Source: Emiliania huxleyi CCMP1516
Taxonomy: Eukaryota
Length of the DNA: 64,000 nt
Reading direction: 5' to 3'
Assembly: GCF_000372725.1 (NCBI RefSeq)
Contig: NW_005201551.1
Coordinates: 280,520-344,519, forward strand
Under the pieces are notes generated by a model, which saw nothing but the letters and a program-made list of their open reading frames with translations, was not told where the DNA came from and made no database searches. A program made the translations under genes and the position numbers. Of this stretch, positions 11,447 to 22,501 are shown one piece after another; within the stretch, counting starts at the first letter, position 1, and every line of letters starts with the position of its first letter.

Positions 11447-12869
11447 GCCTCTCGCGGGGAGGTCACGAGGTTCGAGGACCGAGCGACCGCGCGCGCACCC
11501 CCCCCCCTCGCCTACTGACTGAGTACTGTCCTCTCATCCACGGAACTACAGAGGACAGTACTCAATCTAGCGCGGGAGAGCTTCCTGCTGTTTTATGCTA
11601 TATGCACATGTGTACCGTGTACGCGGCTACGCGCTCGCGAGTAGCCGATACATCAGTACTCAACCCCGCTCTGGCTAGTTCCATTTCACTCTGACACGCT
11701 AATCTTGAAAACGTCCAACGGAGCTCCGTGTTGCTCCCAGCGCCCTCCCCCGCGCTTCCTGCGGCCATGGCCGATGATACTAGTATGAGAGGTCATCTGG
11801 CTACCGCGAGCGCGACTCAACTCGCCGACGTCGTCCGATGATTGTGCCTCAAAGTCAGCCTCCGGAGGCTATCGTGGGGTCGAGCCGGCAGTAGCCGTGA
11901 CATGTGGTTCCACCACCCCTCGTATGCTTTGCCTCTGACCGCCACCGTTCCCAGGCTGCCAAATGGGATGGAAAGGAAGGCTCGGCGAGCGTATAGAAGC
12001 GTGCTCGACCTCGTCGTGGCAACCTGCACGGCAGCGCTGGTAGGCGCGATGAGCGTCGTGCCACCTGACCCGAGACGGGTCGCAGGCGTCGTACCGAGCG
12101 TGTCGAGACCGTGTCCTGATGTGATCTGCACGGGTGAGTCACGTCGGCGTCAAAGGAGCGACGTGCGACCTGTCAGAGCTTGATCTCCGATCTCAGCGGC
12201 GTCGAGTCGTCTCCGGCGCGCGACAAAGGTACATCCCCAGGACGCGCAGAGGCAGGTGCGACCCAGGTCAAAGTATGCGGCGCCGCAGTCCTCGGCGCAA
12301 GAAGTGGGCTGGTGCGCCGGAGCAGCTCTTGGTGGCTGCCAGTGGTTCGGCCCGCTTGCGTTGAGACGTAGCTGTGAACAGGTATATCGAGCCTCTCGTG
12401 CCGCCCAACCCGCGCTTCAACCACAAGCTTGTGCTCGGTGGAATATAGTAGCTACCAGCCGGAGATCAGCCGTCAGCATGACCCGAGATTTGCCGAGAGC
12501 AGCCAAAAACAATGGCGTGCCGACGGCACGCCCTGCCAAGCCACCGTCAATGTGACGGCGTCGCTCACACTGCTTTTGTAGGCGACGCGACGAAATTCGC
12601 CGAGAACTACTCGTTAAAGAGCGCCGGTGAAAGAACGCTTGCGTCGGGTCCTGGTTGCGAGAGTCGCGCGATCCCGTTGTGTCACTCCGCCTGCTATGGT
12701 GCCTGTCAGGCGAGCACATGTTCCACGGGAAGTCTGGCAAGTACTTGCGGTTCTGAGGTCGAAACGGCGGGTCGGACAGGGAGGCCGGCCGCGGCCGGGC
12801 GCCGCCGGGCCAGCAGTCCGTGATGGAGGACGCCCGCCGTGGAGCGTGGTGGAGGGGATTGTTCGAGTT

Positions 12870-13377
12870 AATCGAGAGTCCTTAGGCGACCCGGTTTCTT
12901 TTTTTGAGCGGAGCTCCGTGGCGCTGGCGTACGGCTTTACGTAAGAGCGTGGGTCGTGTATATCGTTAATGAACATGCACCCTCCCGCGCCCTCCCTCTC
13001 GGATCGAAACGACAAAGCAAGAAGCAACGCACGCGAGAAAGCGCAAAGCCAAACGGGCAACAAACCACCCGCACCGCCTCCCCAGAAAACACGCGCCTTC
13101 CCACGAAAACACTCGCTTGCGCCACCTGCCTCTATCCGGTATTGCTGCGCGTCGTGCCGCGAGAAGAGGAAGGCTTCGGAAGGTTTCAGAAGGTTGGCCG
13201 GCCCACGCTCCTCGGTGGCGCCGCGGCGGCCGCCTAAGGAAGGTACGGCAGACTTCTCCACACACACACACAAGGGAGGTGGGGCAAGGGCCAGGGCGAC
13301 CGTGTGTGCGTGTGTGTGTGCGTGCGTGCGTGCGTGCGTGTGTGTGTGTGTGTGTGTGTGCGTGCGTGCGTGCGTCC

Positions 13378-13440
<63 letters not shown>

Positions 13441-16400
13441 AAAGCAAGAGAAGGCGCGGCCGCCTCGCGGTCCGCCGCCAGCTGCGCGATTGAGAGCCGC
13501 TGGTACGCAGCGGCGGCGGCCAACCCGTCGCACAAAACGCGGACCACCTCGACAGGCGAGATGCCGGCGAGGTTAGCCGAGATACAGGCGAGATGCAGGC
13601 GAGATGTAGCCGAGATGCAGCCGAGATGCAGCCTGGATGTCGCCGAGATGTCGCCGAGATTAGCCGAGATGAGCCGAGATGCAGCCGGGGTGAACAGCCT
13701 TCACAGGGGCCCTCTCGCCGCGCACAACTTCTGAATAATAATATACTAATATTGTTACCTTGACCGGCGCCCTCTCGCCGCGCACAACCTCGCAGCGAAT
13801 CTCGGCGAATCTCCTCTCATCTCGGCGAATCTCAACCAAGAGTATTACCTTCACCGGCGCCCTCTCGCCGCGCACAACCTCGCAGCTAATCTCGGCGAAT
13901 CTCCTCTCATCTCGGCGAATCTCAACCAAGAGTATTACCTTCACCGGCGCCCTCTCGCCGCGCACAACCTCGCAGCGCAGCTTGGCGCTGCCGACGCTGG
14001 CGAGTGTCTCGCCCAAGTACTCGCAGAGCGGCTTGTTCGCCTGGCGGGAGATCGTGGGAGATCGTGGGAGATCGTGGGAGATTGTTCGCCTGGCGGGCAC
14101 TGTGTCCCCTCAGTCTCGAATCTCGCCTCAATCTCGCCTCAATCTCGTCTCAATCTCGTCTCAATCTCGCCTCAATCTCGCCTCAATCTCGCCTCAATCT
14201 CGTCTCAATCTCGTCTCAATCTCGCAGAGCGGCTTGTTCGCCTGGCGGGCTATTCACAGCTGCTATTCACAGCAGAGCGGCTTGTTCGCCTGGCGCAACG
14301 GCCGGGGCGATCTCCCACGATCTCCCACGATCTCCCACGATCTCCCACAGAGCGGCTTGTTCGCCTGGCGGGCACTGTGTACCCTCAGCCTCGTCTCTAC
14401 CCCGTCGCTACCTCGTCTGTATCTCGCCTGTATCTCGCCTGTATCTCGCCTGTATCTCGCCTGTATCTCGCCTGTATCTCGCCTGTATCTCGCCTGTATC
14501 TCGCCTGTATCTCGCCTGTATCTCGCCTGTATCTCGCCTGTATCTCGCCCCAATCTCGCCTCAATCTCGCCTCAATCTCGCCTCAATCTCGTCCCAATCT
14601 CGCCTCAATCTCGCCTCAATCTCGCCTCAATCTCGCCTCAATCTCGCCTCAATCTCGTCCCAATCTCATCTCAATCTCGCCCCAATCTCATCTCAATCTC
14701 GCCCCAATCTCGCCTCAATCTCGTCCCAATCTCATCTCAATCTCGCCCCAATCTCGTCCCAATCTCGCCTCAATCTCGTCTCAATCTCGCCTCAATCTCG
14801 CCTCAATCTCGTCCCAATCGCGCCCAAATACTCGCAAGTTCGCCTGGCGCAACGGCCGGGGCGATCTCCCACGATCTCCCACCATCTCGTATCCACCTCG
14901 CCTCAATCTCATCGCAATCTCGCTTCAATCTCGTCTCTACCTCGCCTCAATCTCATCGCAATCTCGCTTCAATCTCGCCTGTATCTCGCCTCAATCTGTG
15001 TCCTCTCATCTCAACTCTACCTCGTCTCTACCTCGTCTGTATCTCGTCCAAATCTCCGCGCGCCTCGGAGTCCTTTGCCTTGACCTCCATGCCAATCGAC
15101 CGCGCCGAGACGGCCTTCACCCTGGCAGTGGCAGTAATGGACAAGACTGACAAGATGGATACGAGCGGTGAGAATGACAAGATAAGAATCATAAACACTG
15201 CATGAAGCCGTCTCATTCTCGTTCTTGTCACCTCGTCTGCCGCGCGCTCGCCGAGCAGTAGCACTCCAGCGCCAGCTCCAGCCCCTGCGGCACCTGAGCC
15301 GAGATTGAGCGCCAGATTGAACCGAGATTGAGCCCAGATTGCGCCCAGATTGATCCCAGATTGAGTCCAGATCGAGCCGAGATCGAGCCGAGATTGAGCC
15401 CAGATTGAGCCCTCCTCCGCCCCCCAGCGGCGCACCTCTTTCACCGACGTGCAGCCGGCCGGCAGCGGCGGCGGCGGCGCGGCGGCGGCGGCGGCGGTGG
15501 CGGCAGCAGCGGCGGCGGCGGCTGGCGGCGGCGCCGCTGCTGCGGCGGCGGAGGAGGAGGAGGAGACGAAGTGTTCGGACTTGGCTTTCTTTTTCGGCAC
15601 GAGGTGCGGCGCCTGTTGGCGCGTTACGGAGCTGCTCAGGCGTGGGCAACGGTGCATTGAGCGCGCACTGGTTGAAGGTGCGGAGCGCTCTCTCTCCCTC
15701 TCGCTCTCCCTCCCTCCCTCCCTCCCCCTCCTACCCGCTCCCGCCCCTCCTACCCCCAAGCTGGCGAGTAGAGACCACCCCTGCTATTCACAGCTGCGAT
15801 TCACAGCACACGCCCCTTGCCTGGCGGCCTCGGCATGTGCAGCGGAAGGCAACGGATCACCCCGTGTGTGAAAAAGTGAGGCGTGGTCTCTACTCGCCAG
15901 CCCCCCAAGCCCCCGTTCTCGGCTCCATCCCGAGAACACCTCGTCGGCGCCCTCCTCCTCGTCCTCCCCCCCAAACGACAGCGCCCCTTGCGCCACCTTC
16001 TTCTTCTTCTTCTTTTTTGGCGCCTACGGGACATGTCTCGGACATGTCCTGAAAGTGCTCCGCACGTCTTCCTCTTCTTCTTCTTCCTTTTTGTACCGGC
16101 GCCTCTGCAGCCGCCACCTCGCCTCCGCCGCCGCCGCCGCCACCGCCACCGCCGTCGCCGCCGCCGCCGTCGCCGCCTCCCCCCCCGCCGCCGCTCTCCA
16201 GCTCCTGGCGCCGCCTCGCGAACTCCGCGGCGCTGACGAGCCCGACGGTCGCTTTGGCGAGCTGTCCCTCGACGCCGTTGGTGGAGGAGGAGAACTTGTC
16301 GTCGACGCCGCCGAGGCGGTACGCCTGCCGAGGCGGCGCGGTGGGTGCGTGCCTTGGCGCGGGCCTTTGGCTGCCCACGGCTCGCAGCGCGCAAGGTGGC

Positions 16401-16612
16401 TGCTCTCAGTGCTCTCAGGGTGCGCGGTCGCCCGGCGCCGCGGGGTGCAACCGCTGCGGCCGCTGGTGCCGGCGCGCCTTTGTCTCCTCCGCCAGCCGCT
16501 CGCGCTCGGCGCGCGCCTCGTCCAGCGCGTCCTTGCGCGCGCGCTCGCCCGCCGCTGCGCGGAGCGCGTCCGCGCCCGCGTTGCCGTGCCCGCGGTGCGC
16601 CGTCTGAGCCAT
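12870..16612 (-). CDS. XAP5/FAM50-like N-terminus followed by DUF167 (YggU/UPF0235)-like domain; 3' end uncertain
   Basis: ATG 16612 MAQTAHRG..; [29 protein letters not shown] and [16 protein letters not shown] resemble FAM50/XAP5. [47 protein letters not shown] resembles DUF167. Confidence 0.6.
14110..15050. repeat. Large intronic 10-11 bp satellite block (CTCGCCTCAAT / CTCGCCTGTAT / CTCCCACGAT)
   Basis: Directly visible tandem 11-mers; explains the spurious [13 protein letters not shown]s. Confidence 0.95.
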
Positions 16613-16679
16613 CTGTGTACCCGGGTAGCAAAAAAAGAATTTACTCGAACCACGCGAATGAGACAACTTGGGCACTGGA

Positions 16680-17160
16680 ATGCTCGCCTTGCTCGCCCTC
16701 GCTCTGCCCACTGCCGCCGCCGCGCACAGACACCACCTAGCTGTAGTTCCCAGCCGGCGTGAGATGCCCGCCCTTCGGGCCGGAGCACCCGTTGCGGCTG
16801 GGCCAACCGCAGTACAGCTGCCGGCGGGCTGCCGCCACCTGCTGCTGGTTGGCGCTCAACGCCTGGCATGGCGAGAAGAACGGCCGCGGTTGCCACCGAC
16901 GGGCGCAGAGCGTGCCGGCGGAGCGGCGCGTCGGCGAGGCCGCGAGCAAAACGATCCGCGCCGCGTGCTCCTCGGGCTCCAAGCAGCCGAGGCTGCCGAG
17001 GCTGCCGAGGAGGCCGAGGAGGCCGAGGAGGCCGAGGAGGCCCCCCCCTCCCCCCCGGGGTCTCGAATCCGGGACCACGCGATGCTCGGGCGAGACGCGT
17101 GCGCACGTGCAGCGCTGGACATGGCGGTCCGCAGCGGCGCTCAGCTGGTGGCTCATATAC
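16680..17160 (+). CDS. Possible small secreted protein, head-to-head with the XAP5-like gene
   Basis: Signal-peptide-like MLALLALALPTAAAA at 16680; a Cys-containing frame from ~16760. Structure unresolved. Confidence 0.3.
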
Positions 17161-17322
17161 AGTGGATTTTATTTGATTGTTTGCTGTCATCACTGGCGCC
17201 TCTGTGTGGAGTGAGGTGGTGGATAGGGTGGGCGCTCGCAGCCGTGGCGAGTGTCGCCCTCGCCGTGCGTCACGTGAGGATGGGTCGAGGAAGGCCACCG
17301 CGCACGTCGGCCCCACGACACA

Positions 17323-17545
17323 GTGACCGGCGGGGGCCTCGAGAGCATAGAGGGGGCGATGGAGCAAATCCGGGAACTAAAGGAGGGGGGAGGCGCACCG
17401 ATCCGCAACACGGGACGGGAGGCAACAAAGAAGTTGGTGGAGATCATCAGATACATCAAGGAGGGAGGGGTGTGGCTCGCCACGCTGGCGGACACGCACC
17501 TCGGGGAGGAAGAAATGCGCGAAGTGATAGAATTCTACGAAACAA
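17323..17545 (+). mobile_element. Fragment resembling the start of a LINE AP-endonuclease domain
   Basis: NTGREATKKLVEIIRYIKEGGVWLATLADTHL resembles the N.RG..K..EI...I..LQETHL pattern; purine-rich and intronless. Confidence 0.45.
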
Positions 17546-17607
17546 GCCCCTCTCACAGCAGACTGGCACGAACTAGCACCACAAAAGGCACAGCAGACAA
17601 CGGCCCC

Positions 17608-19552
17608 TTATGGGCCGTCGAAGAGGCCGTCATACTCCTCCGGCCTCGCCCCCCCTTCCCAACCCTCCCCTGGCTCAGGCTCCTCATCCTCGCGGCGCGC
17701 AGTGCGCACCCCGCCCCGCGAAGACGAACCCTTCCGCCGGCGTGCCTCGCGGGACTGCCGCCCGCTGCCGCCGCCCTTCCCCCCCTCCGCTGCCCGCGCC
17801 GCCTTCTCCGCCGCCCGCGCGGCCGCCTTCGCCTCCTCCGCCGCTAACAGCGCCTCCCTCCGCGTGACCCCTATGGGCCCCTTGCGCATCCAGGAGAGGT
17901 CGCGCGAGCGACCTATCCAGGGGTTACTCGGATACGGCGCAACGTAGCCGCTGCGCAGCTCCGAGTAGTCGCCGAAGCCCCCCCCCAAATAGCCCTCCAG
18001 GCAAGCATCGCAGACCCACTCGCCTAGCTGAGAGATCTCAGAACTCTCGCCGCGCCAGATCTCCTTCTCCGCCGCCTCCATCTCCTCTCTCGACCAGCCC
18101 CCCAGCTCCGACCAGCCCTCACGCAACGCCCGGCGCCACAGCCACGGCTCCACGCCAAACTCGTCGTAAAAGCTCCCAAAGCACTGCTGACACTCGAGGC
18201 CTGGGCCTCGAGCGTCCGCCGCGGAAAGCTCGAGTGTGGGCGATGGCGCGAGCTGGGCCATGTACTGATTGCGTGTGACTGTTTCTGCCGTCTTTGAGGG
18301 GGCGTGGGCGTAGGAGTGGCGCTCTGCTACCCTTGCAGCCGAGCGCCTTCTCTCAGCTCCATTGCCTCTAGGGGGTTGTGGCCGTGGATTTGGCCCCCTA
18401 GCCCCCCTCTCCGAGAGCAGGCCTGTCCAGACTAGCGGAGTGTGGTGGCGTGTGTTTGTCGTGGCTCGCCTTGTGGTGGGAAGGTCGGGTGTCAGTGTGA
18501 GTGGGGTCGGTGGGACCTCATTCCTCGTCGCTTGCGCCATCGTGGCGGTGCCATTTGCTTTTGGCGGCCTCTGCTGAGCCGGGCGTGCCGGCGGCGGCCC
18601 GCTTTGCTGCTGAAGCAGGGCCCTTGCTCGGGACCGGAGTCGATGGCGCCTCGAGGTCCGACGATGGTACGCCTCGAGCCGCGCGCTCGGCGCGTGCCGC
18701 GCGCGCCGCAGCCATGCGCTGGGCGAGGTTGCTCTTCGGAGGCGACGCAGGCGCCACTCCCGAGCCGTCGTGCACGTAGAGGCAGCCAGAGCCGTTCGCG
18801 CATTTGGCGCCTGGGTCGAGCTCGAGCAGCGCTTCCGTCGCCGGCCCGAAGGCGCAGTTCGGGTACGGCATGCTGTGGACGCGGGCGCATCGGGGGGCGT
18901 CCAGCGAGGCGTTGGGGCATCGGCCCGCGAGGTGGTAGGGGCAGTCCCCTGCTCCAAGGGCCAGAGCGGACGGGATCACCCTCGCCTTTTTGGGTGGGCG
19001 AGAGCTGGGGTTGCGCTGCGGCTTGCAGCGGCCGCCTCCTCCTGCCAGGCAGAGACGGGCCTCTTTGTCTGAGGCGAGGCCTGCTGGCGGCGCGAGGTAG
19101 CCCTTGCAGCGGTGGCAGATCTTCTGTCCCGCCTCCCCCAGCACCTTGTAGCGGTGGTACCGCCCGCCGATGATGAGGAAGTCGGGCCAGGACGCTATCG
19201 CCGTGGTCTCGAAGTTGGCGAACCAGTTCGACCCATTACCGAGAGTAGGGACGAAGGTGATCTTGCCACTGCGTGGGTCCGTCTCTGCGCGTTTGAGCGA
19301 GTCCCGGGTGGGAGCGCGCACCACGTGCAGGCCGATGCTTTTGAGCGCGTCGGAGATGTTGTTGGCGTTGAGCAGGCGGGCCTGCTCAATGGTCTCTGAG
19401 AAGATGATCAGAGGTGTGGTCGGGGTCCGGACCTGGGCCGTCCTGGCATGCGCGACTCCGAATTCTCTGGCCGGCGGCCTCTCGACCAGCTCCACCGAGA
19501 GGGAGGTGCTCTTGATCACCGGCGGGTTGCCCTCGGCGGGGCCCTTGACTTG
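17608..19552 (-). mobile_element. Retroelement-like remnant: ORF1/gag-like ORF (19552-18518) with CxxC and two CCCH-like fingers, then a CxxC..CxxC ORF (18262-17608)
   Basis: Intronless; ICHRCKG, CPYHLAGRC..CARVH, CANGSGCLYVH; then CQQC..WVCDAC. No RT visible. Confidence 0.5.
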
Positions 19553-20147
19553 CACGTCACGCGATTTTTTGCAAAAATCTGGCGATATCTGTTCGGTATC
19601 TCGTGATATCTGTTTGTATCTCCCTGTACCTCCATATCTCGCTGTATCCCCGCATATCCCTGCAGTGGATACAAGCAAAAAATCCGGCCAGTGGAGGGGT
19701 GCTGTGAAGTTGAACCTTGAAGCGACGTGCCGCCATGCCCAAACATTTGGGCGCGGCACACGTGACCGCGCCAGCACACAGGACACATCGTTCATCGACA
19801 TGCAGCGCTACTGTACCTCCAGTCTCAGAACTCATCGCAGACTGGATAGCACTTTCCCAGTCACGAGTCCCATACTTCCCATCACTTGTACTCGGTGTGT
19901 GGTCTTCCGTCTTGCAGGCGCTCCGCGACTCGCGACTTGCGAGGAAGCGCCGCCCCCCGGGGTCTCGTCTCTCCGAACGGCGAACCTCTCGTCGGTCGTC
20001 GCTCGTGCAGGCCGTGCTATTTCGATCCCAGCGAGATCTCGCCTCACTCCCATCCTGTCGAACGCCCTCTCCATGCTTCTCTCCATGCTTCTCTCGCTGG
20101 ACGCTGCGATTCGAGGCCCTCCCGTCCCTCTCGCGCCCCCGTCTCTC

Positions 20148-21260
20148 TCAAGCGGGCGGCTGCCGAAGGGCGAGTGCCAAGCGCACGCGCCCATCGACGC
20201 CAGGCGCGCACGCCGCGCCCACGACCGCCTCAACCGTGTCGGCCGTTTCGACCGTTTCGGCGGCCTCGGAGGGGCGCGGCATCGCCTCGTCCGCATCCGG
20301 GGGCGCCTCGAGCGCGTGGGCGGGCTGCGGATTGCCCGAGGCCGCGGCGGGCGTGCTGCCCGCAGCGCACGGCGGCGGCGCGGCCGCGCTGGGCGCGCCG
20401 CCGAGCCGGAGGGGAGCGAGGGCGGCGGCGGCGTGCGACCAGCTGTTGCAGCCGCTCTCCGCGAAGGGCGCGAGCGCGTCGAGGAACGCCGAGGTGTCGC
20501 GATCAAGGCCTGTCGACGGCACGCGTGGGTGTATGGAGATGCCGCGATGCGAGCGGTGGAGATCGGGCGTGGTGGTGGCGAAGGCCTCACCGGCGAGCGT
20601 GTCGCGCAGCGCGTCGCTCCCGCGCACGTCGGACGCGCCCGCCTCGACGGCGCTCCGCTCGGCCGTGACGGCAGGGACGGTGAGCTCCAGCCTGCGGCGC
20701 GCTGAGCAACGCTCCAAGTGGGGCGGCGTGGCGCAAGTGGAGCTCGTCTGTTGGGGTGTGGGAGCTCTCGCGTGCTCCTCCTTTGAGTGCGGGGCGCCGC
20801 ACGCACTTGAGGATGCCATTCCGCAGGTAGCCGTAGCGGCGGAGCGCCGGCCGGCCGCGGTGGGCGAGGACTCGCCCGAGCACGAGCGCCCACACGTCCG
20901 AGGGGAGGGCCGGCGCGATCCGTCGGCCGAGCAGACAGAGAAAGTGCACCGCTTGCTGCAGCCCGAGGTAGAGGCTCGCCTCGAGCGGCCGCTCCGTCTT
21001 GGCGAAGAGCTGCCAGCGGTGCGACGCCAGCAGCCGGCGCACGTCGTCGCTCGTATCGGTAACGTCGTCGAGCAGCCGCTCCAGCGTGCGCGCGCGCACG
21101 TGGCGCTTGCTCGCCAGTGCGCCGCAGATACGACGCGCCGCCGCGACGCTCCGCACCCACGAGCAGATGCAGTCCCAGTCCTCGGCGAACAGATCGACCG
21201 GCGAGCCCTCGAGCGCGGCGATGCAGAGCAGCGTCTGCCCCGTGACGACGACGTGACGAC
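20148..21260 (-). CDS. Hypothetical protein or gene remnant
   Basis: Protein-like frames (TGQTLLCIAALEGSPVDLFAEDWDCICSW..LPSDVWALVLG; DTLAGEAF..FLDALAPF); no family recognised. Confidence 0.35.
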   Translation of the reverse strand, partial: VVTSSSRGRRCSASPRSRARRSICSPRTGTASARGCGASRRRVVSAAHWRASATCARARWSGCSTTLPIRATTCAGCWRRTAGSSSPRRSGRSRRASTSGCSKRCTFSVCSADGSRRPSPRTCGRSCSGESSPTAAGRRSAATATCGMASSSACGAPHSKEEHARAPTPQQTSSTCATPPHLERCSARRRLELTVPAVTAERSAVEAGASDVRGSDALRDTLAGEAFATTTPDLHRSHRGISIHPRVPSTGLDRDTSAFLDALAPFAESGCNSWSHAAAALAPLRLGGAPSAAAPPPCAAGSTPAAASGNPQPAHALEAPPDADEAMPRPSEAAETVETADTVEAVVGAACAPGVDGRVRLALALRQPPA

Positions 21261-21741
21261 GACGTGACGGAGCGCCGCCGAAGATGCACGTGCTCTACAG
21301 AGACTTCTGCCTGGCCCACACGATGTCCCACCCGAAGGGACTCGTTTGCAAGAGGCACGAGCACAAGCTCAAGAGCCTCCGCACGGGTCTCGAGAAGAAA
21401 CGGGACTCGGTCAAGCACAAGGACATGATGCACGGGTCGACGTACGCACAGAAGCTTATGGCGAAGGGACAGTCGGCCCTCTACAAACTCGGAGAAAGCT
21501 CGTCGGCCCGGAAATGAGATCGGAAAAAGGGAGGAGGGAACCAAACCCAAGTGTGTTAGGTGGGCCTCGCGTACTACACACTGACACGGACGGGGACAGT
21601 CTAGCACTCACGGCGGGAGCCTTACTGACGGGATTGATCGTGATTTGTACACTCAGGAAAGGCGCAAAAAAGCATGGCCAGAGCGGCACAGAACCAACAG
21701 GCACTCGCCTCGACACCCTTACACCGCGAAAGGCGACCACC

Positions 21742-22110
21742 GCGCACTACCAGGCGCACCAGCTCGTCACAGAGAGCGCTACCACGAGGAGATTGGACGG
21801 CAAAACGCGCCCAGAACGGTTCACACTGCACCCGGACCACCAGGCAAACTCCCCGGACCGCTCTAGTGCCCCCTGCAGGGCGCCCTACCGATCGAGACTA
21901 CGCGAGATTGCTACAGAGAGCAGTACAGCGCGCTACCAGGCGCACCAGCTCGTCACAGAGAGCGCCACCACGAACACACGTCTAGGTGAGACGCCCCAAA
22001 ATCGGACCAGACAGCACCTAGGCCCCCAGCTGCCCCCCTCAGACAGTCTACGATCTGCATACAAGGGCCACTACCGATCGAGATCACGCGAGATTACTGC
22101 AGAGAGCGAC
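21742..22110 (+). repeat. About 186-bp imperfect tandem duplication
   Basis: CTACCAGGCGCACCAGCTCGTCACAGAGAGCGC near 21747 and 21933; CTACCGATCGAGA..CGCGAGATT near 21886 and 22071. Confidence 0.8.
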
Positions 22111-22501
22111 GAGAGGACCCTTAGGCTTGCGGACTCCCCCAGCAGCTCGCGCCCAGGGGCTGCGCCTCAAGTTGCCTGTGAAGCAGCGTCAGAAGCAGCG
22201 GCGCATGGTCGACGATGAGTACCTCCGGGTACCGGGCCCGCCAATGCCCTCCCGAGACAAGCTGCGCGATCTGGTGAGCTCTGGCGCGCGCGGTCTCTGT
22301 CTCGCGCCACACCGCTCGCCACCACTGAGCGTTCGCCTCCCGCCGCTCCTCCCGCTGCTGGCGCTCACGCGCTCGCCGCTCCTCCTCCGCACGCAGCCTC
22401 TCCTGCTCGGCCTCCGCCTGCTCACCCGAGGCCTCCGACGACGGCCCCTCGGGCGGCTGCGCGTGCCCGGCGTTTTTTTTTGCGACCGGGTGTGTATCGA
22501 C

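Noticed and set aside
13760..15205. Long + strand ORFs ([10 protein letters not shown]..) and similar MGRYGEIWGD / [13 protein letters not shown]s
   Set aside because: Translations of stop-free 10-11 bp intronic satellites.
21284..21517. 77-aa basic ORF as a transposase tail
   Set aside because: Looks coding, but I recognise no diagnostic motif.
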